Positions 39,384 to 51,050 are shown, counted from the whole stretch's first letter. The stretch: DNA of 62,949 nt, filler included, from Squatina squatina (GCA_031763465.1; 4 parts of 4 records of this genome joined end to end with filler, not necessarily neighbours in it), one strand, 5' to 3'. Numbers and translations are program-made. The notes: generated by a model not told the origin, from the sequence alone.

Positions 39384-39848
39384 NNNNNNNNNNNNNNNNN
39401 NNNNNNNNNNNNNNNNNNNNNNNNNNNNNNNNNNNNNNNNNNNNNNNNNNNNNNNNNNNNNNNNNNNNNNNNNNNNNNNNNNNNNNNNNNNNNNNNNNNN
39501 NNNNNNNNNNNNNNNNNNNNNNNNNNNNNNNNNNNNNNNNNNNNNNNNNNNNNNNNNNNNNNNNNNNNNNNNNNNNNNNNNNNNNNNNNNNNNNNNNNNN
39601 NNNNNNNNNNNNNNNNNNNNNNNNNNNNNNNNNNNNNNNNNNNNNNNNNNNNNNNNNNNNNNNNNNNNNNNNNNNNNNNNNNNNNNNNNNNNNNNNNNNN
39701 NNNNNNNNNNNNNNNNNNNNNNNNNNNNNNNNNNNNNNNNNNNNNNNNNNNNNNNNNNNNNNNNNNNNNNNNNNNNNNNNNNNNNNNNNNNNNNNNNNNN
39801 NNNNNNNNNNNNNNNNNNNNNNNNNNNNNNNNNNNNNNNNNNNNNNNN

Positions 39849-40005
39849 CGTCTCTTTCCATAATTACTTTAAACTGAATTATGTTGCAGTCATTATTAGC
39901 TAGATGTTTTCCTACATTAATAGATTCCACTTGTCCTAATTCATTTCCCAGAACGAATTCCAACATCGCTTCCTTCCTTGTTGGACTGGAGGCATATTGA
40001 TTGAG
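39849..40005 (-). mobile_element. CR1 endonuclease fragment
   Basis: PTRKEAMLEFVLGNELGQVESINVGKHLANNDCNIIQFKV. Confidence 0.75.
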
Positions 40006-41139
40006 AAATGCTTATATTCTTGCTTTGCGATTAATATTTGGGAAATAAAGATACCCTACAAGGATATTTAAGTTTTCAAACCAAAGCTTTTTTGTAAACT
40101 TGAGCATCATTATGCTTCATCCAAAACTATATTATTCTTGTTTCCGTTAACAGTATTGGAAGAAAAAATTAGGCATTCTGTAACCACAATAACATTTTTC
40201 CTTTTATTATAGCCAAAGCCTCAATTTATTGAAAGTGGAATCTGACATAAAAGCTTCACAACACTCCTTTTGAGGTTTGCATTTACCTTTTAGTGGGTCC
40301 TGTTCAGCTCTCATGATGTCAATCAGTGAACTCTCCAATGAATGCATGTTTAAAGTGTCATATAATCTAGTTCGATCCTGGAAAAGGAACAGAATTTATC
40401 TTGGTTTGCTGACCGCCTCATTACTGCAGACAAATTATGGCAAACAGTAAAAAAAAGTTACCAGCGGTTACTATCAAGATAGGATGACAGTCAATAGTTC
40501 TTATTTTTCAACAATTTGTAACGAGATTTGGAACGTGTATGATGCATTTTGTGCATGGTACAACTAATTTTGAATTAAAGTTACTTCAAACATTTTCAAG
40601 TAGTGTTATTATTGCAAGAACTGATCCTGCATTATGGAAACATGTACAATTAGAAATTAGTTTTCAACCAAAACTGCTGCAAAAACAAACCAAGCTGCAA
40701 CAATTTAATTTTTTCTTTCTTACAAAAAAAATTAGTTATTTTCCTTCAAGTAATCTAGACTACAGCCCTATGATACAATATCTTAAAGTACAAGATAAAT
40801 GATCAAATATTGACTGAGAAAAAGNNNNNNNNNNNNNNNNNNNNNNNNNNNNNNNNNNNNNNNNNNNNNNNNNNNNNNNNNNNNNNNNNNNNNNNNNNNN
40901 NNNNNNNNNNNNNNNNNNNNNNNNAGTGCACATAGGAAGACAAAAATAGGTGACACACATAATCCAGGGATGGTGTTAAAGTAGCTAAGAATTAAGACAA
41001 AAGATAGCTAGAAGTCTTCTTGGACTGCACTGGACACTAAACATGTCCGCCCAATGCAGAGCAACCATCAACAGAGGCGGCAGAATGTTGAACTACCTAG
41101 CCCAAACAGTCAGAGAAAGTTGGGATTAATCTGGACTAC

Positions 41140-41612
41140 GCTTTGGTTAAACCACACCTTGAGTACTGCGTCCAGTTCTGCTCATTGAGACACATGGAAG
41201 ATATTTAAGCTGTGGAGGCAGTGCAGTGAAAAGGGTGATCCTTAGTGACAAGGTCAGAGGTATGAGGAAAGCCTGGAGAAACCTGGGCTCTTCATTCCAG
41301 AAAGGAGGCATCTGAAAGGTGGCCTTATGGATGGATACAAGATAGTTAAGGAAATGGAAAAGATAAATCTGGAAAGTTACTTTAAATTAAATGGCCAGAG
41401 TAGGTAATGGGACACAGGTTCAAACCAATAAAAGGCAAATTTAGAACTAAACTGATGTCAGGATTTTTTTTCTTTCCAGTGAACAATGTATGGAATAAAC
41501 TTCCAGGAAGAGCAGTGGAAGTGAAAATCCTGGAACCCTGAAGAAACAATTGAATGCTGCAATAGGAAGACTTTAGGTGGCTCAACTGAGAATGGCTTTC
41601 CTCCTTTGTAAT
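41140..41612 (+). mobile_element. Decayed CR1 LINE 3' fragment
   Basis: LVKPHLEYCVQFC.. followed by ..LEKPGLF..VNNVWNKLPGRAVE, the CR1 C-terminus. Confidence 0.8.
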
Positions 41613-41810
41613 TATTGTGATCTTGTGACCCAGCCTTGCCAGTGGCTCTCCAACTGCAGCTATCTACTCTCATTCCGTTTCCTAGACTATATGGCTGTAC
41701 AACACAATAAATAAATAAGTAGAATCGAACCGGAGTAACGGTACTTTTGGCCTATGTTGATGTTCACAGTCACCAGATTTTTAAAGTCTGAAAAAGATAG
41801 GTGTGTCTCG

Positions 41811-42104
41811 TTATCCTCTGCTACTTCTGGAGAGCTTAGGACTCGCCTGCTGTCCGGATCTCATCCCAAAGGGATCTGTGTCGTTCGCCTCTCTCTCAGG
41901 GTTCCTTCTGCTGTGCATCGTGGTAGGCAACTCGTTTTCTCGAGGCAAAAACATAGAAAGAGGAGGCAATTCTCTGCCGGGGATGAACGGGCGCTTCTCC
42001 AGGCTCAGACTCAACACCTTCTTGTGCCTTGGGGAGTGGTACACGTTATAAAATGTCTGTAACTGCTCCTCTTTGAAATTGCAGTCATCCTCACGGTAGG
42101 TCGT
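41811..42104 (-). CDS. FGF23: FGF23-locus endocrine FGF, exon 3 (294 nt including TAA)
   Basis: Acceptor ccctttttgtag. Reads TTYREDDCNFKEEQLQTFYNVYHSPRHKKVLSLSLEKRPFIPGRELPPLSMFLPRENELP..DTDPFGM..*, aligning to FGF23 (C..F...L...YDVYHSP...VSL..KRAFLPG..PP.SQFL.R.NEIP). Confidence 0.9.
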   Translation of the reverse strand, partial: TTYREDDCNFKEEQLQTFYNVYHSPRHKKVLSLSLEKRPFIPGRELPPLSMFLPRENELPTTMHSRRNPEREANDTDPFGMRSGQQASPKLSRSSRG

Positions 42105-42307
42105 CTACAAAAAGGGAAACAGATTGGAATCAAACACCTCAAAGTTGTGGCATGAACAAATTTCACCCGCTGGATTATCGTCACATATTAATCTAGACTT
42201 CGTTTTAAATTCAGAATCGACGGGGGATGAAGTGGAGTTTCCTCATTGAATATCTTGCTTTGCAAACAGCCTTGCGATTTTTGAGCGAGCAGGTGGTCGA
42301 TACTTAC

Positions 42308-42411
42308 TGAGCCAAAAATGCTGCCCTCAGGGTCCATGCACAAGTATCGCCCTGTCCTCACCCCTCTGATCACCACGTGCCCCGGTTCCACTGCTTTGAT
42401 CTCCAGCAGAG
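42308..42411 (-). CDS. FGF23: FGF23-locus endocrine FGF, exon 2 (104 nt)
   Basis: Acceptor ggttacag, donor gtaagt. Reads (T)LLEIKAVEPGHVVIRGVRTGRYLCMDPEGSIFGS. The 104-nt middle exon is characteristic of FGF genes. Confidence 0.92.
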
Positions 42412-43260
42412 CTGTAACCCAGAAAAAGGCTCTTTAGTTAGACACCGGTAGCGCTCTGTAAAGTACCTGGGGGAACGAGTCAAACAGTTTCCAGGTGGCA
42501 TATTGTTTTCATGCGTTTTATAACGATATTAGAGAGACAAAACAGCGGAATACTGGAAGGAGGGACATGTGCAGGGCTTTGGGGAGAGGACAGGGCTGTG
42601 GGATTAGTCTGGGATTGANNNNNNNNNNNNNNNNNNNNNNNNNNNNNNNNNNNNNNNNNNNNNNNNNNNNNNNNNNNNNNNNNNNNNNNNNNNNNNNNNN
42701 NNNNNNNNNNNNNNNNNNNNNNNNNNNNNNNNNNNNNNNNNNNNNNNNNNNNNNNNNNNNNNNNNNNNNNNNNNNNNNNNNNNNNNNNNNNNNNNNNNNN
42801 NNNNNNNNNNNNNNNNNNNNNNNNNNNNNNNNNNNNNNNNNNNNNNNNNNNNNNNNNNNNNNNNNNNNNNNNNNNNNNNNNNNNNNNNNNNNNNNNNNNN
42901 NNNNNNNNNNNNNNNNNNNNNNNNNNNNNNNNNNNNNNNNNNNNNNTGACCTGCTTTCTGAGCTGAAATTGGATGATCCCAACAAACTTTGGGGAATCAC
43001 ATAGGTCCGTTTGTCAAAGAGGAGGCAAGCTCCGAGGTTCTAGAGAGGGGCCCATCTCTCAGTGATGGTTACAGATTATTTCCAAGTGTTGGTAAAAAAT
43101 GACAACTGTCAAGCAATGATGGATTAAAAGCTCAACAGGTAATAATGGTCTAATGTTGCATCTTTGCGTGTTATAGACCAAAGAAATTAAAAGGACAAAA
43201 GAAAGGAAATCAACATTTAAAAAGTTGTCACGACTTGTCTTTTCAAAAAAGGAAACTTAC

Positions 43261-43492
43261 TGTAAAAGGTCTGGGAGTTTGAGCTGTCAATGCGGCCGTC
43301 AGGGTTGATCTGCAAATGCCTGCTGTTCCCCTCCATGTACAGGTGCTTGAGTCGGATCTGCTGACCCCAGTCCCGCTCCAGTTGGGCTCCTGAATCTGTC
43401 CTAACCAGAGGAGTTGACCTGACCAGTGAAACGCCGAGAAAGACGGCGAGGTGCAGCAGCAGGGAAATCAAGTTGATAAAACTGGCGCCCAT
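43261..43492 (-). CDS. FGF23: FGF23-locus endocrine FGF, exon 1 with signal peptide (232 nt)
   Basis: ATG in good context (gggATGG). Hydrophobic signal peptide MGASFINLISLLLHLAVFLGVSLVRS, then WGQQIRLKHLY..HLQINPDGRIDSSNSQTFY. Phase-1 donor gtaagt. The three exons splice in frame to 630 nt (209 aa). Confidence 0.92.
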
Positions 43493-43580
43493 CCCGAACA
43501 CGAGACCTGGAGCGGGGAGCGGGGAGCTTCTCCTGGAGACACCCGGGATCCTTCTTCCGCCTCCGAACCCATTGCGCTGC

Positions 43581-43610
43581 TTTTAAAGTCAATGCAGCAA
43601 ATGACATCAG
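43581..43610 (-). promoter_or_regulatory. Candidate FGF23 core promoter (TATA-like TTTAAAA and CRE/ATF-like TGATGTCA)
   Basis: TTTAAAA lies about 90 nt upstream of the ATG, with TGACATCA/TGATGTCA at 43602-43609. Motif inspection only. Confidence 0.4.
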
Positions 43611-43772
43611 ACTCACCTTAAACCCCCGGCAAAAAGCCAGTGATGTGACAGCTTTTCACAAAGTTTCTGCACNNNNNNNNNNNNNNNNNNNNNNNNNNNN
43701 NNNNNNNNNNNNNNNNNNNNNNNNNNNNNNNNNNNNNNNNNNNNNNNNNNNNNNNNNNNNNNNNNNNNNNNN

Positions 43773-43993
43773 ACATATCGCTTCTTCAATTTGAGCCAGG
43801 TACGAGGGAGCTGGGTAACCTCATTGACATAATTGGCAACCTCTCTCCATTCAGCTTGCACCTGTGTTTTTGTTGGAGGGTGGCGTTCAGCCTCAAATAG
43901 GGCCACCTTCCGTTGATGTGCCTCCTGTCGCAAGACCTCCAACCCTTCAGCATCAAAGAGAGCAGTGTTGCCCACATCTTTCCGCTGTGCCAT
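43773..43993 (-). CDS. Myb/SANT-like DNA-binding domain ORF (Harbinger-derived, NAIF1/MSANTD-like), 3' end lost in a gap
   Basis: MAQRKDVGNTALFDAEGLEVLRQEAHQRKVALF...EWREVANYVNEVTQLPRTWLKLKKRY fits the pattern F...LE.L......R...LF..W..VA..VN......RTW....K. No stops over 73 codons. Confidence 0.7.
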
Positions 43994-46729
43994 TGTTAAC
44001 AATTAGTCCACTTTTCTCTCACCAACATAACTTCCTCTTTTAGGGGAAGATGGCAGTTCTTTAAGAATTGCAGTGTTCCTGGGTTTTGACCATCCCAGCC
44101 AATTGGGTTATAGGCCAAATCTGCTGGGTAAGCTTTTCCTGTGGCTGTAGTCTCTTCAAAATAGGGGACAGGCCTTATCTTGCACATCCTCTTCAGATAA
44201 TCCTACAAGCACACATTCACCTGGTTTTGTAAAAACTGAGGCAAAACACCTATTAAGCATTTCCTCTTTTCACTGTCATATGCAAGATTCCCCTTCATGT
44301 CCACGTCCTATTAGCCACTCTTTCACTGCCATTTTGCTTCTTATGTGCTTATTTCCCTTTGTTTGGACTGCCAATTTTCCCCTCAATTTTCTTCTGTATT
44401 ATCTCTTCTATAATTACGATGTGCCTCTGCTCTTTTTGCCCTCATCTCTCCCTTATGAATGGATATCCATGTTCCTCTTTAACCAGGGGAAATAAAGCAC
44501 TGCAGTTTCCAAATACTGCTTATGTTTTACATGTTAGGTGAGAACCAAGATGACTGCAGCCCTCTGATAACTGGAAAAAATGGTGTTTAAAAGGGCCCGA
44601 GTCTGTCTAATGGTAGTCCCGAAACTCTACCCAAGTCTGTTTCCAGAAAGTGCAGCTGAAATACACAATTTGAACTGATGACAAACTGAAACCGCTTCCC
44701 GTTGACACAAACTGTGTAATATAACTGACCTAATTTTGCTTTGTATTACAAGGAAAGCATTTATTAAAACTATGTCTGCCATTGGAAGATATACTTGCTA
44801 ACATGCCATGGATGAGAAAGATGACCTATGTAGCTCATACACACCATTCTGCAGGAATTTTCTGGCACTTTAATATTACACAAATCCTCAGCGTTACATT
44901 TACAGGTGGCAGACTAGCCTTTTTTGGATTTACAAATTAATATGATTTTTATTCCTCGACTGGTTTAGCCACATGCAGATTTTGAAATCTATAAAATATG
45001 TACTTTGATCATTCTCTTTAAAGGTTATATATTCCAAAAAGAACCCAGTAAATGAACAACTTGGGCAGCACAGAAAATATTTGTAGAGAAAACTATAGTC
45101 GCACTCAGGCCTAAACCATAAGGAGTTCCTCACTGAGGTGGGTCACACAGTGGTTGAGTGGAAGATCTGCAATCTTTTGGATGTGCGAGCAAGTACTAGA
45201 ATTGTGCATCATCAGGAATACATACTATCCAACACAGTCTGTGCCAATTTAACTGTCAGTTACACATGTAAGGTTGTATTTTTACATTTTAGAAGATTAT
45301 TTTCAAAGCAGTAGGTTTACTTCTTCAAATACAATGTATAACAGTGAGACAGATCATTCTGTATTAAATGACATTGCAAATAACTATTCACTCTGGATCC
45401 TAACTTAGCATTATTTTAAAAAGGTTTTCATTCTTCATTCACCACACTGAAGTGCAGTGGAACATTAAATTTTCCCTTACACTGCAAGACAAATATGTGG
45501 AAAATAATGAATAATGGATTGTGTGACGTAAGAAATATTTCCCTGTGAGCCAACTGAATAAATGAACAATAATGCTACAAATTAATTGCTACTGACTCAC
45601 CGTTTATACTGCCTTTCAAACATTATTTTCCAGTTACGAATCTTAATTAACTTTTGAAGTGATTTGAGTGCAGAGGGTCCTTTACTGTCACTAAATGTAC
45701 CCATGTGAGCCATCACTCCCCTCAGCAGTATCTTCAAAAATCCCATAAATCAAGTATTGAGATTTAAATTCACAGGGTTCGCCTAGGGAATCATGGCAGC
45801 AGTTGAAATTTATAGCCCAACAGAAATATACCTGCACTAATCGCCTCATGATGGGTATGTTAATTTATGCCATTACTATTCGGCTTGCACACTAATGCAG
45901 CATGCATATGTTTCTGACAGCACATTTAACGTTTCGTATTTTGAGTCACAGGACTAAAAAGGTTACGTGAATGTCTCAGTGCTGAAAAAGTTGTACTGGA
46001 TTGAGATGGTCCAATTAGCTGCCATAACTTTAGATAATGAAGGACTCATGGGAAATAAGTTCTAGTTCTATAATTAAATGCCCGTGTGTACACAAATATG
46101 AAAATTACTAGCGCATAATGTAAGTTATCTAAACAAGAAATGGACAGTAATCAATCAGCTTCACAAATCTAATTAATCTCAGGTCAACATCAGTACAGAC
46201 ATGTACAAATGAAGAGTACACAGAAACTAACAATTTTTACATTCTCAGTATGATATACACATTGTAGTCTGGACATTACTGAGGATGTAACTGCACAAAG
46301 CCTTAATGCATTCATATCAAATCCCATACTACTATTTTAGTGGAGGAGTTAACCCATTTCAGCTAAATAGGTCATCACTGTGGCTGAAATTATGGAAAGG
46401 GGAATTTGATACAAGCTCATTAAATCTGCTTGTAATAACATTGCTCAGTAATTTCCAGACTTACAAAAGTAGATTTAACTGTCAGTGTTACAACATATCA
46501 CCAATCACAGTGACAGTACAAATAGTAGCGGCTATGATGCATAGTTCAACTTAAACAGCTATAATTCTAAATGCTTGAGACTCTGATGAAGTGAGGAAAA
46601 AGAGGATCTTCTCTACTTCCATGGGAAACATCACAGTTTTGATTTTTTAATATACTGTCCAAAGGGCACACAAAAAGTGACCATTCAGCATACCACACTC
46701 GCTGTTCAGTGGATATTTGCATTTGTTCA

Positions 46730-46822
<93 letters not shown>

Positions 46823-47059
46823 TTAATATAAAATTGTATTATCATTTATTTTGCATGGTACAGAGCACACATTAACAGCAATATGCATACTTAGCCAGTG
46901 GTTACACTGCACTATGGGTGCGAGACTGGTAGTTGCAGAGTGTGAAGGAAGACCTTTCCNNNNNNNNNNNNNNNNNNNNNNNNNNNNNNNNNNNNNNNNN
47001 NNNNNNNNNNNNNNNNNNNNNNNNNNNNNNNNNNNNNNNNNNNNNNNNNNNNNNNNNNN

Positions 47060-47331
47060 CAGATTTAAGGTGATTGGCAAAAAAAGGCAACGTGAGGAAA
47101 AACATTTTTACGCAACGAGTGGTTAGGATTCGGAATACACTGCCTGATAGCTTTGTGAGTATAGATTCAAAATAGCTTTCCAAAGGGAATTGGATAAATA
47201 TTTGAAGGAGAAAAAATTAGAGGCAAGTGTTGGGGGAATGGGACTACACTGGATTGCACTTCAAAAGAACAGTGCAGACTTGATCGGCTAAATGGCCTCC
47301 TTCTGCACTGCAATATTCTATGATTCTATGA
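47060..47331 (+). mobile_element. CR1 LINE 3' end
   Basis: RFKVIGKK..gagtggttaggattcggaat..aatggcctcc..ttctatgattctatga tail. Confidence 0.87.
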
Positions 47332-48924
47332 AAGGGGAAAATACGTGACCTTTGACTGTTACTTTGTTTGTCTCACATGAGAAAGCCTTGAGTGTCAGTA
47401 TTACTAGTTACAGTTCTACCCTGAACTCCTCCACTCTTCCAGGAACCGATTATTTCAGTACATTACTGCTGATGTTAGCAATTGTGCTGATTTAAAACAG
47501 CAGCAAAGCAGACTGTGAAATTATGCTGTGCAAATATTAACTGCCATGAAATTCCTTTGTCTGCTATTTAAACAACGGTGTTAATCTGTTTAAATGACTT
47601 GATAAAGAAATCTCATAAAAATGTTAATTGCTTATAAGATAATATTCAGAGTGTAATTCAAGGCTGTGGTCTATTTCCTAGTAGCTGAAGTTATCCACTA
47701 TAATTATACATGAATACCAGTTGGGTGACAGCACTGTTTCTAAGTAAATGCAAATCATAATTGCAGTGGAGAGAATGGTGGAAGAAGCCCACACAGATGA
47801 CTTTTAATCTACTTAATTTTTAGTGGTAGATTCGAATCAGTTTAATTTTACCACCACAAATTTCTTTGGGAGGGTACATTACCCCGTTTAACCTTTTCTT
47901 TTTATTCTCCTAGGTCCTCTAAGCCATGCACCTCTCAAGGCAAAAATCTCTCAGCCATTGACCAAGAGACATCCTACAGCAGCTCCGTAGAGACACCGTA
48001 CCCAACTCCTGCTGCCCCAATTGTGCCCTCTTGTGGAGGCAGCCAGTGATCAAGGTTTCAGTAGACCCTGGGTCTCTCACCAGATCACTCCATATGCTGA
48101 CAGAAACTGTGAACTGACCAATGTAAACTAACAATTTGGGATTTATTATAAAACAAAATGATTAAGAAATTGTGGCAGGAACAAGGAAAGCAGAATTATG
48201 AGCATTTTTTTTCCCCCACATGGAATCTTCATTTACTCAAAATGTTTGAAGCTGTGGGCAATTTAGAGACAACTTCCAAATAAATGCATCTCACTTTAAA
48301 TGCAGATATGTACCACAGTTGGGAGAATCAATGGAGCTGTCTATTCTAAATCGTTAACCTTAAACACTCCTTATCCCTTCAACTGAGAATAGTTGCATTA
48401 TTTTCTCCAACGCAGGGTCAATAGTTGCCAGGACTGTGACAGGTGCTGCTCATTACATTTTTAAGTTTTAATTGGACATTTTTCTAGAGTTCAATGAATC
48501 ACATCATTCCTATAGATGGACCTTACTCCTGATGACCGAGCATGAACCTTTAACTGCCCAGTAATTTATAATGAGCCAGAGGTCGAACACATTATCTTCT
48601 CTAACTTCCCAATACAGTAGAAAAACACTTCCCTAGATTGTGACTTAGGCTATAAACTGATGGCTTTATTAAACTGTAAATAGATAGCAAAGACGAACAG
48701 CAGATTTATAGTAGTTATAGCCTTATTTATCCCTTCTTGAAAATAGAAAAATAACAAACAGTTGCATCAGTTATGCTAAATTGCAATATAAAATGGACTG
48801 AGAATTAACCTTTACATGGGGGTCTACCATCCATGCAATCGCTCTCTGATGGTTTCAATTTTTTAACAAGTCAAACCAAGAAATTTAAAATGAGTCTCAA
48901 ACAGACAATCAAATATATATATAA

Positions 48925-48958
48925 TACACACACACAAACACACAAACACACACACACA
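48925..48958. repeat. (CA)n microsatellite
   Basis: acacacacacaaacacacaaacacacacacac. Confidence 0.85.
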
Positions 48959-49025
48959 GTTTATTTAAATTGAATGGATTGNNNNNNNNNNNNNNNNNNN
49001 NNNNNNNNNNNNNNNNNNNNNNNNN

Positions 49026-49037
49026 TTAATTAATTAA
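49026..49037. other. Artificial six-frame-stop scaffold linker TTAATTAATTAA
   Basis: N44-TTAATTAATTAA-N44. Separates the FGF23 block from the HCFC1/RPN1 block. Confidence 0.97.
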
Positions 49038-49299
49038 NNNNNNNNNNNNNNNNNNNNNNNNNNNNNNNNNNNNNNNNNNNNAACCATGATCCTCCACCTG
49101 GCGAGCTCCTCTCCCCCCACCACAGCAAGTTCATCTTTTCCACAAGACCCACCCTCTATCCCCTCCCATCCCAAAACTTCACCAGATAACTACCTCCCTT
49201 CAGCCCAATGCTTGCTGGCAGTCAATGCCTTCCTTTACTCAGAATCTATTTCCCCTAATCAAAACTGACCACTTTGTCCAAGCTATCTTCCCTCGCAGA

Positions 49300-50060
49300 C
49301 CCTGAACGAGTTGTTGCTACCTAGTGCCATGCCCACACCTTCCACCACATTCTTTCAGAATGCTTCCTGCTCTTCTCAAAGTACTAAGACTGCCCTGGTC
49401 AAATCACAAATGCCATCCTTTCAGCATGAACGTGGTACCTTACCCATCCTTGTCCTGCTTAACCTCTGTGGTAGTTAACACAGTCCTCCACTCCATATGC
49501 CTCCATCGTCATTCCTGAGGTACTGCCATCGCTTGGTTCCAATCGTATCCATCCCAGTGCAGCAAGCACATCTTTCGCAATGACTTATCAGGCAACTCAT
49601 TACAAAGACGGTCTGCTTTCACCTCTGTAACATCGTCTGACTCACCTCCACTGAAATCCTCAGCCGGGTCTTAATCAACTCCATGCTTGGCTACTTCATT
49701 TTCCTGAGTACCACCCTGCATAAACTGCAAACCATCAAAAACTGACACCTATATCCTATGACATGCTATATCCCACACCCTCATCTGCCCCATTTTTGCT
49801 ACTGCATCAAATTCATAATCCTTGAACTCATCCGTTAATTCCCTACACAGCCTCACTTCACCCCACCTTTACAATCTCTTTCAGTTCCAAATGCCAGTGC
49901 ACCCTTCACTTCTCCAACTCTAGCTTCCTCATCATTCTTCTTCTGTCACAGGCCCTTTGCAGTCTGGGACCCACTTTATAATGCTCTCCTTCAACCCCTT
50001 CACCCTGCCACTCTCTCCTGTCTTTTAAAAGGTTTAAAACCTAGCTCTTTGACCATGCTA
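49300..50060 (+). mobile_element. Highly decayed L2 LINE fragment
   Basis: C-rich sequence with remnants of cttggttccaatcgtatc, accctgcataaactgcaaaccatcaaaaac, aaattcataatcctt and ctctttgaccatgct, paralleling the L2 copy at about 16120-16653. Confidence 0.6.
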
Positions 50061-50227
50061 TTGCTCACTTCCCCCAATCCTCGTTCGACCTCTGCTTGGT
50101 GTGTTTATTTCTGAAACTTTTTGGGACATTTTATAACACTTAACAAGCATTACATAAATCAATAAGTAGATGGCATCAGTAGATAGCTTAACAAGAACTA
50201 TTTGCACACATGGCATTAGGTATGTAC

Positions 50228-50375
50228 CTGTGGTCCCTTTCACTACCAAAGTTGTGAGCGCTGGTTTGGCAGCAGATACGGTCACTGGGGTGATCAGCCT
50301 GACTCCACTCATTGGTGTCCCAGAGATTGTTCGCAGGATAGTGCCAGGCTGCCCTGCAGCACCTTTCAGCAATAC
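50228..50375 (-). CDS. HCFC1: Host cell factor C1, basic-region exon (148 nt; about human exon 15)
   Basis: AG/GT bounded. [49 protein letters not shown] versus human [46 protein letters not shown]. Confidence 0.93.
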
Positions 50376-51050
50376 CTTGGGTGGAGGGGGGTAAAAGANN
50401 NNNNNNNNNNNNNNNNNNNNNNNNNNNNNNNNNNNNNNNNNNNNNNNNNNNNNNNNNNNNNNNNNNNNNNNNNNNNNNNNNNNNNNNNNNNNNNNNNNCA
50501 GTGAGCCTGCATCAAGTCACTGCAGTGTGCATCCACACACTAGTTTATGCAAGATCTCTACTGAGAAATGATGCATTATGTGGAGACCAAATACTTATTT
50601 TCTCTGTGTAATGTTTTTATACATTTGTTTTTTAAAAAGTGTCCCCTTTGTGTTGCAGGACCTACAGAAAAATGACTCCGGGTGATCTTTCCTCCAATTT
50701 TCCATTCTGGTCTATGCAGAAGCATCTGACTGTGCTGATTTCACAACAAAGATCAGGAACTATTCCCTTTTTAATAAAATCATGAAGGCAGTCATGCTGG
50801 TTAAATAATCAAAGGCTCAATAATTCCACAGTTTTGGTTTTACTATTTTCAATACAAGAAGTGTTTTCAAAAAACCCTGTTTATGAACTAATTTGTCAAG
50901 ATGAGTGCACATATCTGAAACCATCTAGCTGGCATGCATGATTTTGTACATGAAGGGGAAAAAAGCCATAGTAATATGTGACTTTTGAGCTCACCACAGT
51001 TAGAGCTGCTAAAATAACAGGCACACACAATCAAACAAATCAATCCTTAC

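Noticed and set aside
41811-43492. Calling the FGF gene FGF19 or FGF21
   Set aside because: Its neighbours are CCND2 and TIGAR (FGF19 lies beside CCND1/LTO1). It lacks the FGF19-specific N-terminal Cys pair, and the exon 3 core is FGF23-like.
43468-43572. Out-of-frame upstream ATG overlapping the FGF23 start
   Set aside because: It lies only about 10 nt downstream of the TATA-like box, so it is probably upstream of the TSS. It cannot be supported without TSS data.
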